Below, piece after piece: positions 13,449 to 23,411 of a stretch of DNA of 64,000 nucleotides (position 1 is its first letter; each line of letters starts with the position of its first letter). The position numbers and the translations under genes were made by a program. Location of the stretch: positions 4,556-68,555 of the forward strand of contig JAKLJW010000027.1 in assembly GCA_023150935.1 (NCBI GenBank). Reading direction: 5' to 3'. The notes under the pieces are model-generated. The model had not been told where the DNA came from, searched no databases, and was given only the letters and a program-made list of their open reading frames with translations. This DNA is from Candidatus Binatia bacterium (lineage in GTDB: Bacteria; Desulfobacterota; Binatia; HRBIN30).

Positions 13449-15320
13449 ATGACGGACACGACTGTGGTGCGAGGCAACGCGGCGGCGCCGGCGCCGCCGG
13501 TCGCCGGGATGACCTCGATCGGGTTGGCGTCGCGGCGGCTCGCGGCTGAGGTACAATCGCGTCTCATGGCGGCGGCCAGGGTGCGCACCAGCGGTCTCAC
13601 GGGTGTCCTCGTGCTCTTTGCCGTGGTGCCGTATCTGAACACACTCTCGGCCGGTTTCACCTTCGACGACCTGCCCAACATCGTCAACAATCCGGTTGTG
13701 CGCGATGGCGCCGACGTGGTTCGCGTGCTGTCGACGCCGCTCCAGCCGGGCGATCTTTACCGGCCGCTGACGGTGCTCACCTTCGCGATCAACCAGTGGC
13801 TGGCGCCGGGGCAGGCCTGGTTGTTCCATGCGGTCAACATCGCCGCGCACGCGCTGGTGACCGTGCTGGTGTTCTTCCTGGCTCGGGTGCTGACCCGGTC
13901 GGAGCGGATTGCAGCCGTTGCCGGCACTCTGTTCGCCGTCCATCCCGTGCACACCGAAGCGGTGGCGAGTCTGGTCGGACGCGCCGAGTTGCTGGCGGCC
14001 GGGTTTGGTGTGGGAGCGTTGCTGGCCGTGGCGCACGCGGCTGCCGGCGCCACGGGGAGACGGTGCCGCCGCGCACTGGAGTGGCTCGGGCTCGGGCTCT
14101 TCGCACTGGCAATATGCAGCAAAGAGAGTGCGCTCACCGTGGCGGTGCTGGTGCCGCTGGTACGGGTGACCGCACGCCGCCAGGCGCTCGGCCGCGGGCT
14201 GTGGGGAGAGCTGGTCAGCCTCGACTGGGTGCCCTACGCGCTGGTTGCCGCGGTCTTCGTTGCCGCCCGCTTCGCGGTCGTCAGGGCGCTGCCCGCCTAC
14301 GAATTGCAGCCGCTCGACAATGTCCTTGCCTTCGTGCCCTGGTACGTTCGCCTGGCCACGGCCATCGCCGTCATCTGGGAGTACTTCGGTCTGCTCGTGC
14401 TGCCGATCGTGCTGGCGGCCGACTATTCGTACAACCAGGTCACGCTCGTGAATGTCGTCTGGGACCTGCGTCTTGTCTGTGGACTGGGACTGTTGGCGGC
14501 CGCGACTGCCGTCGTGCTGTGCAGCCGTCGCCCGGTGCTGCGCTTCGCGGTGCTGTTCCCGTTCGTGGCGCTGGCGCTCACCGCCAACGTGCTCTTGCCG
14601 ATCGGGACCATCAAGGCCGAGCGGCTGCTCTATCTCCCGTCGGTGGGTTTCGTGCTTGTCGTGGCGGTGTCCGCCGCCCTTCTGGCGCGGGGGGCGCGGT
14701 ATCGGCGCACGGTGACCGCGCTACTGGCGATCGCTGTCGCCGGGTACGCGTTGCGCACCTGGGTCCGAAACGAGGACTGGCGCGACAACGCCTCTCTCTA
14801 TCGCAGCATGGTCAGGAGTGCGCCCGACAGTGCCAAGGCCAGGTACAACTACGGCGTGGCGTTACAGCACGAAAGCAACGACGAAGCGGCGGTCGAACAG
14901 TTCGAGCGCGCCCTGGCCCTGTACGAGTGGGCCGAGGGCGCCGCTTTCGGCATCGGGCTGGCCTTCGATCGTAAGAACGTGCCCGACCGCGCCGAGCAGT
15001 GGTACGGCCGCGCGCTGGCCATCCAGCCGGGGTACGACAAGGCCCACAACAACCTTTGCCGCCTCTACGTCAACACCAGGCAGTACGCGGCTGCCGAGCG
15101 CGCCTGTCGCGCCGGGCTGCGGTATTACCCGGCGAATGCCAACCTGCTCTGGGGCCTCGGCGAGAGCTTTGCCGGCCGTGGCGACGCCGCGCGGGCCATT
15201 GCCGTACTGGAGCGGGCGCAGCGGCTGAACCCCGGAGACGAGACGGTGCGCCGGCGCCTGGCGGAGATGGCCGCGCTGCAAGCGCAGTCCGGTCCCGGCG
15301 GTTGGTCAGGGCCGCGATGA
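13449..15320 (+). CDS. TMTC-like GT-C membrane glycosyltransferase with C-terminal TPR repeats (paralog 1)
   Basis: 623 aa. N-terminal GFTFDDLPNIVNNPVV, YRPLTVLTFAINQWL, and LFAVHPVHTEAVASLVGRAELL (as I recall, hallmarks of TMTC/DUF1736 O-mannosyltransferase-like proteins). Multiple TM helices, then TPR-like repeats (YNYGVALQ..., LAFDRKN..., AHNNLCRLY...). Confidence 0.75.
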   Translation: MTDTTVVRGNAAAPAPPVAGMTSIGLASRRLAAEVQSRLMAAARVRTSGLTGVLVLFAVVPYLNTLSAGFTFDDLPNIVNNPVVRDGADVVRVLSTPLQPGDLYRPLTVLTFAINQWLAPGQAWLFHAVNIAAHALVTVLVFFLARVLTRSERIAAVAGTLFAVHPVHTEAVASLVGRAELLAAGFGVGALLAVAHAAAGATGRRCRRALEWLGLGLFALAICSKESALTVAVLVPLVRVTARRQALGRGLWGELVSLDWVPYALVAAVFVAARFAVVRALPAYELQPLDNVLAFVPWYVRLATAIAVIWEYFGLLVLPIVLAADYSYNQVTLVNVVWDLRLVCGLGLLAAATAVVLCSRRPVLRFAVLFPFVALALTANVLLPIGTIKAERLLYLPSVGFVLVVAVSAALLARGARYRRTVTALLAIAVAGYALRTWVRNEDWRDNASLYRSMVRSAPDSAKARYNYGVALQHESNDEAAVEQFERALALYEWAEGAAFGIGLAFDRKNVPDRAEQWYGRALAIQPGYDKAHNNLCRLYVNTRQYAAAERACRAGLRYYPANANLLWGLGESFAGRGDAARAIAVLERAQRLNPGDETVRRRLAEMAALQAQSGPGGWSGPR

Positions 15321-16717
15321 GTGCCGCGAACGACGGTGCCGAACGAACCGCCCGGTGGTCGCTGGCGCTGGTTGCGGCGGCGACGGTGGTGGCGTTCGCG
15401 CCGGTACTGAACAACGGCTTTCTGGTCGTCGGCTTCGACGACAACGGCTTCGTTCACGAGAACCCTTACCTCGCTCCGAGCTGGGCCCACCTCCGTGCGG
15501 TTCTCGCCGGCTTCCATATGTACGATTACCTGCCGGTGCCGTTGCTGTTGTACATGGTGCAGTTCGCCGCCTGGGGCCTCGATCCGCTCGGCTATCATGT
15601 CGTGAACCTCGCGTTGCATGTCGCCAATGCCGCTCTGGTCTTCGTGGTGGCGAGGCGCGCGCTGCACGACGACGGGGCGGCCCTGGCCGCGGGGCTGGTC
15701 TTCGGGGTGCACCCGGTGCAACTTGAAGTGGTCTCGCTGGTGGCGCAGTTCAAGACGCTGCTTGCCACCGGTTTCCTGCTCGGGGCGTTGGCGGCGTATC
15801 AGGCGTTTCGCAACGGGCGGAGGTCGGCGCTCTACGGCGCGGTCCTTCTGTACGCTCTGGCGTGCGGGTCGAAATCGAGCGTGATCCCGTTTCCGTTGCT
15901 GCTCGTCCTTTACGACGACGTGTGGGGCGAAGGCCGCCGGACCTGGCTCGACAAGGTCCCGTTCCTGCTCCTGGCGGCGGCGACGGCCGTCGTGAGCGCT
16001 GCCGCCAGAGTCGGCGGCGAGGTTGTCAAGGCGCCGCACGGCGGCAGCTACCTGGCGACGGCGCTGGCGATGAGCCGCGTCATGTGGGAGTACGTTGCGG
16101 CGATGTTTGTGCCGATCGACCTGGCGCCCGCGTACTACTACCGGCGCGAGGCGGTGTTCGCGCCGGTCAACTGGGTCGCACTCGCGGGACTGGGGGCGTC
16201 GATGGCGGCGGTGTGGTGGCGGAGGCGCCAATGGCCGGCGACATTTTTCGCCGTGGCGTGGATTGCACTGACCCTTCTTCCCGTGGCGAACATCGTACCG
16301 ATATCCGTGCTGCGCGCGGATCGGTTCCTCTATCTGCCCATGGTTGGCTTCGCGATCTGGGTGGGGGTCGGGATGGCGGCGGCAGTGCGGTGGGCGGCCC
16401 ACCTGTCTGCCGTGCCCCGCGGCGCCGTCCGGGCGCTGGTCGGCGCCCCGCTCGTGGTCTGGGGGATCGGTACCTGGTCCTACGCCACCGTGTGGCGTGA
16501 CGACGTAAGCGCGTTCACGCGGGTGGTCCAGCGCCAGCCATGGAGTGCGAAGGGGCGCTATCTGCTGGCGCTGGCTTACCGGGAGCGCGGGGTTTCCGAC
16601 GAGGCGCGGGGCGAAGCGGCGGCGGCGGTGAGGCTCGATCCCGCGTTCGTCGAGGCGCGCAGACTGCTGGCGGAGTTGGGGGAGGGCGCGGCCGCGGACA
16701 GCGGGCGGCGCGAGTGA
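15317..16717 (+). CDS. TMTC-like GT-C membrane glycosyltransferase with short C-terminal TPR region (paralog 2)
   Basis: Frame of ORF 14999..16717. Its ATG at 15317 overlaps the preceding stop (ATGA). Motifs: VVGFDDNGFVHENPYL and LVFGVHPVQLEVVSLVAQ. Multiple TM helices and a TPR-like C-terminus. Confidence 0.72.
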   Translation: MSAANDGAERTARWSLALVAAATVVAFAPVLNNGFLVVGFDDNGFVHENPYLAPSWAHLRAVLAGFHMYDYLPVPLLLYMVQFAAWGLDPLGYHVVNLALHVANAALVFVVARRALHDDGAALAAGLVFGVHPVQLEVVSLVAQFKTLLATGFLLGALAAYQAFRNGRRSALYGAVLLYALACGSKSSVIPFPLLLVLYDDVWGEGRRTWLDKVPFLLLAAATAVVSAAARVGGEVVKAPHGGSYLATALAMSRVMWEYVAAMFVPIDLAPAYYYRREAVFAPVNWVALAGLGASMAAVWWRRRQWPATFFAVAWIALTLLPVANIVPISVLRADRFLYLPMVGFAIWVGVGMAAAVRWAAHLSAVPRGAVRALVGAPLVVWGIGTWSYATVWRDDVSAFTRVVQRQPWSAKGRYLLALAYRERGVSDEARGEAAAAVRLDPAFVEARRLLAELGEGAAADSGRRE

Positions 16718-16733
16718 GCGTGGCCGAGGGATC

Positions 16734-17501
16734 ATGACCTTCGTTCTGGCCTTCGTTCTCGGCGCGATGATCGGCAGCTTCCTGAACGTCTGCATCTGGC
16801 GGCTGCCGCGGGACGAATCGATCGTCTCTCCGCCGTCGCACTGCCCGCGCTGCCTGGCGGCGATCCGGCCCTGGGACAACGTGCCCTTACTGAGCTACGC
16901 GCTGCTACGCGGCCGTTGTCGCGCCTGCGGGGCGGCGATCGCGTGGCGCTATCCGGCAGTCGAGGCCCTCGCCGGGGTCCTCGCGGTTCTGTTGCTCTGG
17001 CGCTTTGGCCCGACGCCGCAGTTCGCCGTGGCGGCGGTGTTCGTCGCGTCGTTGATCGTCGTTAGCGTTATCGACCTCGATCATCAGATCATCCCGAACG
17101 AAATCAGTCTTCCGGGCATACTGGTGGGGCTCGTCGTGGCCGCCGTCGGTTACGGACCGCCGCTGCTCGACAGCGTCGTTGGCGTGCTCCTCGGCGGCGG
17201 GTTGCTCTGGGCAGTGGCGGCGGGTTACGCGGCGCTGATGAAGCGCGAGGGCATGGGCGGCGGCGACATCAAGTTGTTGGCGATGATCGGCGCCTTTCTT
17301 GGCTGGCAGGGCGTACTGGTCACGGTCATTCTCGGTTCGCTGACCGGGTCGGCGATCGGCGTGGCGCTGATTCGCCTCGGGGGGGGCGATCGGCGCGCGC
17401 CGATTCCTTTCGGGCCCTTCCTTGCCGCCGGCGCGGTATGCGCGCTGTTCTTCGGCGACGCCCTGATCGATTGGTACCTCGCGCTCGCCATGCCGGGGTA
17501 A
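16734..17501 (+). CDS. pilD: prepilin peptidase / N-methyltransferase (A24 family)
   Basis: 255 aa. Cys pairs CPRC...CRAC, and A24 aspartyl-protease region GMGGGDIKLLAMIGAFLG. Confidence 0.9.
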   Translation: MTFVLAFVLGAMIGSFLNVCIWRLPRDESIVSPPSHCPRCLAAIRPWDNVPLLSYALLRGRCRACGAAIAWRYPAVEALAGVLAVLLLWRFGPTPQFAVAAVFVASLIVVSVIDLDHQIIPNEISLPGILVGLVVAAVGYGPPLLDSVVGVLLGGGLLWAVAAGYAALMKREGMGGGDIKLLAMIGAFLGWQGVLVTVILGSLTGSAIGVALIRLGGGDRRAPIPFGPFLAAGAVCALFFGDALIDWYLALAMPG

Positions 17502-17560
17502 GTCGGGACGGCGTGGGCGCTGTCCGCGCCCGTTCAGGATATGCGTAACGTAACTAACGC

Positions 17561-17588
17561 TTGACATAGGACGGCGCTCGGTTACATT
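17561..17588 (+). promoter_or_regulatory. candidate sigma-70 promoter for the minor-pilin operon
   Basis: TTGACA-16 nt-TACATT in the 130 nt gap between pilD and the first minor pilin. Confidence 0.4.
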
Positions 17589-17635
17589 GCCGAGCGCGGA
17601 TCGTGGAGGGAGATTTCCGGAAGGACGGCGAGGGG

Positions 17636-18085
17636 ATGGGATGGAGCGAACGGGGTGGGGTGACACTGCTGGAGGTGGTCGTGGCGGTGGCGTTGGTGGG
17701 CATTCTGGGGGCTACGGCGGTGCTGGCGCACGGGGCGATGCGGGACGCGCTGGCGTTGCGCGAGGGGGCGGTTCAGGTCGCTGCCGACCTGCGGGCGGCG
17801 CGCTTGCGGGCGCTCGGGATGGGACGGGGTCAGCGGTTGCTGTTCGCCGCGGAAACGCGGGTGTATCAGGCGCAGGAGGAGACGACGGCCGGATACGTCG
17901 ATGCCGGAGAGCCGCGGGCGTTGCCCGCAGGAGTGGTCGTAGTCGGCTGCAACGCCGACGGCGGCGGCATCGTCTTCCGGCCCCGCGGGCACGCCGCGAG
18001 TTTCGGCACGGTAACGGTGCGCAACCGCTCGGGTGGGGTGCGGCGCATCGTCGTGAACATTACCGGCCGGGTGCGCATCGCGTGA
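17636..18085 (+). CDS. GspH/FimT-like minor pilin
   Basis: Frame of ORF 17603..18085. MGWSERGG/VTLLEVVVAVALVGILGATAV prepilin-type N-terminus (ATG 17636, alternative 17603), followed by a GspH-like beta domain. Confidence 0.75.
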   Translation: MGWSERGGVTLLEVVVAVALVGILGATAVLAHGAMRDALALREGAVQVAADLRAARLRALGMGRGQRLLFAAETRVYQAQEETTAGYVDAGEPRALPAGVVVVGCNADGGGIVFRPRGHAASFGTVTVRNRSGGVRRIVVNITGRVRIA

Positions 18086-18429
18086 GCGAAGCGCGGGTGC
18101 CGGGCGGGTTCTCGCTGGTCGAGGTGATGGTCGCCTTGCTCCTGCTGGCCTCCGTGTCGCTGGCGGTCACCAGTACGCTGGTTACGGCGCAGCGCTCGCA
18201 ACGTACCAGCGCGCGTTGGCTGCGGGCCGTACATCTGGCGGCCGACGGTGTCGAGCAGCTACGGGCCGGCCTGCCGTTGGAGGCCGCGGGGGTGGAGGCG
18301 GGGTTCGAGCGGGCGGGGCGGGTGGCGGACGACGTTGCGCACCCCGGTGCGGCGGAAGTCGAGGTGACGGTGCGATGGGAAGACGACGGCACCCGGGTGT
18401 ATCGGCTGGCGACGACGGTGACGCGCTAG
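18082..18429 (+). CDS. PilV-like minor pilin
   Basis: GTG 18082 overlaps the previous stop (GTGA). ...PGG/FSLVEVMVALLLLASVSL prepilin-type N-terminus. Tail of ORF-track frame 17587..18429. Confidence 0.65.
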   Translation: MSEARVPGGFSLVEVMVALLLLASVSLAVTSTLVTAQRSQRTSARWLRAVHLAADGVEQLRAGLPLEAAGVEAGFERAGRVADDVAHPGAAEVEVTVRWEDDGTRVYRLATTVTR

Positions 18430-19016
18430 GCCGGTCCGGGAGCGCGCTGGTCGAGTTGCTGGTCGCCAGCCTGGTGCTGGCGATCCTGGGCGCATACGCC
18501 TACGGCTTCGTGCGCGCTTCCCTTGCCGCCCTGTGCGTGCAGGAGGCGCACGCCGAGGCGGCGGGGGCGGCGGCGTTGGCCGTTGCGGTGTGGGCGCAGG
18601 AGGTGCGGCTTGCCGGATTCGATGCCACCGGCACCGGCATCGTCGCGGTGCGAGCGGCGGCGCCGACCGCCGTCGAGGTGGCGACCGACCTCGACGGCGA
18701 CGGCGATAGCGACGATCCGCACGAGCGCGTCGCGTACGCGTACGACGCCGTGCGGCGGCAGGTGACGCGTGCCACCGCCGGCGGCACGGCGCAGCCGTTC
18801 TTGACGGACGTGGCCGCGGACGGGGTCCGGTTTCGCTACTTCGAGGCCGGCGGCGGAGAGGTGACCGCACCGGTCGACGGGCTGTCGGCGGAGGCGCGGC
18901 GGCGGGTGCGGGCGATCCGTTTCGATCTGCACCTGGCGCCACGCCATCCCCTCCCAACCATGACGGAAGGGGTGGCGGTGCGCACCTCCGCCACGGTGCA
19001 CCTGCGGAACCCATGA
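18375..19016 (+). CDS. PilW-like minor pilin (start uncertain)
   Basis: Frame of ORF 18216..19016. ...GRSG/SALVELLVASLVLAILGAYAY hydrophobic prepilin-like N-terminus. The first in-frame ATG at 18375 overlaps the upstream gene by 55 nt. Confidence 0.55.
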   Translation: MGRRRHPGVSAGDDGDALGRSGSALVELLVASLVLAILGAYAYGFVRASLAALCVQEAHAEAAGAAALAVAVWAQEVRLAGFDATGTGIVAVRAAAPTAVEVATDLDGDGDSDDPHERVAYAYDAVRRQVTRATAGGTAQPFLTDVAADGVRFRYFEAGGGEVTAPVDGLSAEARRRVRAIRFDLHLAPRHPLPTMTEGVAVRTSATVHLRNP

Positions 19017-20086
19017 ACCGCCTGCGCGACGAACATGGTGTGGCGCTGGTGGCGGCGCTGGGAATGCTGCTGGTGGTGTTGCCCCTGGGGGCGATGGCGG
19101 TCTGGCAGAGTCGGTTGCAGCAACTCATGGCGCGCAGTGCGCGCGCGGACGTGGAGGGGTTGTACGCCGCGGAGGCGGCGCTGGCGCGGGCCGTGGCCGC
19201 CGTGCCGCCGGGGGTCGGGGTGGACGAGCTCCTGGTCGGGCCCGACGGCGTGGGGGGTACGGTCGACGACGGAACGTTTCCGTTTGCAGTGTCTCCCGGC
19301 CCGCCGGACTTCGGGGTTGTCTCGACGAACGCAGGGAACGCGAGCACCGACGGGGTGGTGCGACTGTCGGTCACCGTCACGGCCGCCGGCGGACGCCAGA
19401 CGCGCGTCGAGGCCCTGGTGAGGCGCGCCGCGGCGCCCTTTACGCCGGCGGCGGCGCACGTCGAGGGGGATTGGTGGGGAGAGCGCACGCCGGGGGACGT
19501 GCGTTTCGACGGCGCCGATCATCGCCTCGACGATCCGCCGGATGCTCCGAGCGGTCCCGCGCCGCCCCGTCCCGGTCTGAGTTCCACCGGGCCGGTCGAC
19601 CGCGGCGGTGGTCAGGCCGGCGGTTCCGGAGCCGGCGGGTCCGTGGCGCCGGCGCAACCGCTGGGATTGGGCGCGGTGATTGACGATCTCCTCGACGAGC
19701 CCGGGGCGGTGTTAGCGGCGGTGCCGAGCGAGGCCGGGGTTGTACTCGGTACCGAGGCGGCCCCGCAGCTTTCGATCCTGCGCGGCGACGTCGTGGTGGC
19801 CGCGTCGCTCGGCGGGGCCGGAATTCTGGTCGTCGATGGCTCGCTTCGCATAAGTGGCACCCTTGCGTTTGCCGGCCTCGTGGTGGTGCGCCACGGCATT
19901 CGCCTCGACCCCGGCGCAGCCATCCACGTTACCGGGGCGCTGTGGACCGGGGCGCTGACCGGCTTCGATATGTTAGGTGCAGGCCGGGTCGCCTACAGCA
20001 GCGAAGCTCTGGCGTATGCGGACCGGCTGGCCGGCGGGCGGTTGCCGCGCCCGGTCGTCGTTGTGGGATGGCGGGAGGTGCTGTAA
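19013..20086 (+). CDS. PilX-like N-terminal-domain pilus assembly protein
   Basis: 357 aa. HGVALVAALGMLLVVLPLGAMAV N-terminal anchor. Its start overlaps the previous stop (ATGA). It is the last gene of the fimT-pilV-pilW-pilX type set. No PilY1 gene follows. Confidence 0.6.
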   Translation: MNRLRDEHGVALVAALGMLLVVLPLGAMAVWQSRLQQLMARSARADVEGLYAAEAALARAVAAVPPGVGVDELLVGPDGVGGTVDDGTFPFAVSPGPPDFGVVSTNAGNASTDGVVRLSVTVTAAGGRQTRVEALVRRAAAPFTPAAAHVEGDWWGERTPGDVRFDGADHRLDDPPDAPSGPAPPRPGLSSTGPVDRGGGQAGGSGAGGSVAPAQPLGLGAVIDDLLDEPGAVLAAVPSEAGVVLGTEAAPQLSILRGDVVVAASLGGAGILVVDGSLRISGTLAFAGLVVVRHGIRLDPGAAIHVTGALWTGALTGFDMLGAGRVAYSSEALAYADRLAGGRLPRPVVVVGWREVL

Positions 20087-20205
20087 AAAACCCCTCCGAT
20101 TCCGGCCCCGCGCGAAGTGCAGTATCCCTTTGCGAGGGCCGGAGGCGTTCGATATAACCGGGGCGTTTCCGGACTGAAGCGAGGGCAACTGCTCGCGGGG
20201 GCTGC

Positions 20206-20577
20206 ATGGCGAAGAAGATCCTGGTCGTCGAAGACGATACCGATAACCGCCGCATCGTGGCGAAGGTTCTTGCCGTCGAGGGCTACCAGGTCATCGAGGC
20301 GACCGACGGCATCGAGGCCCTGGAGCGGGCGCGGGCGGAGCTTCCGGACATGATTCTCATGGACCTCGCGCTGCCGAACATGGACGGCTGGGAAGCGACC
20401 CGTCAGCTCAAAGGCGACCCGAAAACGGGTGGAATTCCGATCGTTGCGCTGACGGCGTTTGCCATGCGGGGCGACGAGGAGCAGGCCCGGGCCGCCGGCT
20501 GCGACGACTACATTCCCAAACCGGCGCGGCCGCTCGCCATCCGGGCGGTCGTGAAGAAATACGCCGGTAGTCCCTGA
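20206..20577 (+). CDS. stand-alone CheY-like response regulator receiver
   Basis: 123 aa. ILVVEDD...DMILMDLALPNMDG...ALTA...YIPKP carries the receiver D-D-D-T-K pattern. Confidence 0.88.
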   Translation: MAKKILVVEDDTDNRRIVAKVLAVEGYQVIEATDGIEALERARAELPDMILMDLALPNMDGWEATRQLKGDPKTGGIPIVALTAFAMRGDEEQARAAGCDDYIPKPARPLAIRAVVKKYAGSP

Positions 20578-20598
20578 GCCTCGGCGCATAGGACTCGC

Positions 20599-20988
20599 AT
20601 GAAACGACGCATTCTGATTGTCGACGACAACCCGGACAGCACCACCATCATGCGGGGCATCCTCGAACCGCGGGGGTATGCGGTGCGCGTGGCCGACCGC
20701 GGGGCGACGGCCATCGAGATGGTCAAGGCCGACCCTCCCGACCTGCTCCTGCTCGACGTGATGATGCCGGAGATGAGCGGGTTCGAAGTCCTCCAGCGCA
20801 TCAAGTCCGATTCCAGTACCGGGCGCCTGCCGGTGATCCTCGTGACGGCCAAGACGCAAGACGAAGATCTCGTCAGCGGGTACCAGTACGGCGCCGACTA
20901 CTACATCACCAAGCCGTTCACGGCCAAGCAGCTCCTCTACGGCATCGACCTCGTGCTGGGCAAAGGTGAAGCCGCTGAGTCCGAATGA
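20599..20988 (+). CDS. stand-alone CheY-like response regulator receiver
   Basis: 129 aa. ILIVDDN...DLLLLDVMMPEMSG...VTA...YITKP. Confidence 0.88.
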   Translation: MKRRILIVDDNPDSTTIMRGILEPRGYAVRVADRGATAIEMVKADPPDLLLLDVMMPEMSGFEVLQRIKSDSSTGRLPVILVTAKTQDEDLVSGYQYGADYYITKPFTAKQLLYGIDLVLGKGEAAESE

Positions 20989-21588
20989 TCGCCGCGGTTG
21001 TCTGATCGCCTTCGAGGGCATCGAAGGAGCCGGCAAGTCGACCCAGATGCCTCTCGTCGCGGCTGCCCTGCGCCGGCGTGGCTGGTCCATCGTCGAAACC
21101 AGAGAGCCCGGCGGCACGGTGCTGGGCGCCGAACTGCGCCGCCTCGTGATGGATGCGCATGCCGCGACGCCGGTCCCGATGACCGAGTTGCTCATCTATC
21201 TTGCGGACCGGGCTCAGCACCTGGCTGAAGTGATCGAGCCGGCGCTGGCCCGCGGCGACCTGGTGCTCACCGACCGCTTTTCGGCCTCGACGATCGCCTA
21301 TCAGGGGTATGCGCGCCGCCTCGACGTCGACGTGGTCACGCAGCTCGACGGTATCGTCTGTCACGGCGTTGTCCCGGCGCTCACCGTCCTCTTCGACTGC
21401 CCGGTCGAAGTCGGCCTGCGCCGGGCCCGGGGCGACGATCGCTTCCACCGTGAGGAACGCGAGTTTCACCAGCGGGTGCGCGCGGCGTTCCTGTCGTTTG
21501 CCCGCGCCGATCCGCAGCGTTACTGCGTCGTCGACGCTGCCGCCGCGCCGGACGCCGTGACCGGCGCGGCGGTGGCCGGAGTCCTGCA

Positions 21589-21607
<19 letters not shown>
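20966..21607 (+). CDS. tmk: thymidylate kinase
   Basis: 213 aa. FEGIEGAGKSTQ P-loop, TREPGGT, DRF lid region. GTG start. Confidence 0.88.
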
Positions 21608-22550
<943 letters not shown>

Positions 22551-22554
<4 letters not shown>

Positions 22555-23381
22555 CCTTGCCCAACGAGGAGACGCCTGCGCCGGCCGCCCTCGTCGGCGT
22601 GCGGGTCGGCGATCCGGGGCGACTGGCGCTCTACGAGGCCGGTGCGCTGGTTCTCAAGGCCGGCGATCAGGTGGTGGTCGAGAGCGACCTCGGCGCCGTG
22701 GTCGGGACGGTCGAACGATTGCCGTTGCCGGCGGCCCTTGCCGGGCGCCGGCCCCGTCGCGTTCTGCGCCGCGCCGACTCCAACGACGTCGGCCGCGCCG
22801 AATGGAACCAGACCCGCGAACGCGAAGCCCTGCGGCTCTGTGCGGAACGCATTCGCGAGCACGGTCTGGCGATGAAGCTCATCCACGCCACCCGGGCCGC
22901 CGAAGGCGGTAAGATCGTCTTCTATTTCGCCGCCGAGGATCGCATCGACTTCCGCGAACTGGTGCGGGAGCTCGCTCACCTGCTCCACACCCGCGTCGAG
23001 CTGAAGCAGGTGGGTGCGCGCGACGAAGCGAGGCTCGTCGGTGCGGTAGGACCGTGCGGCCGCGAGCTGTGCTGCTCGACCTGGATCAACGACTTCGCCG
23101 TGGTTTCGGTGAAGATGGCCAAGGCACAGGGGCTTGCCCTCAACCCCACCAAGCTTGCGGGTATGTGCGGCCGATTGAAGTGCTGCCTGAGATACGAGTA
23201 CGACACTTACGTCGAGCTCGGGAGGCGGCTGCCGGCAGTCGGCAAGAAAGCCGAGTCGCTCAAGGGCAGCGGGGTCGTTACCCGCCAGAACCTGTTCGCT
23301 CAGACCGTTGTGCTGCGCCGCGATGACGGCACGGAGGTCGAGGCGACCCTCGCCGAACTCGTGGCGAAGAAGGCTCCGTAG
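22551..23381 (+). CDS. ricT: PSP1 domain protein (RicT/YaaT family)
   Basis: 276 aa. CGRELCCSTWINDF...GMCGRLKCCLRYEY is the PSP1 C-terminal signature. The tmk-holB-yaaT-metG order is conserved. Confidence 0.85.
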
Positions 23382-23411
23382 GCCTCCTTTCCCGGCGCCC
23401 GGTGCAGACCC

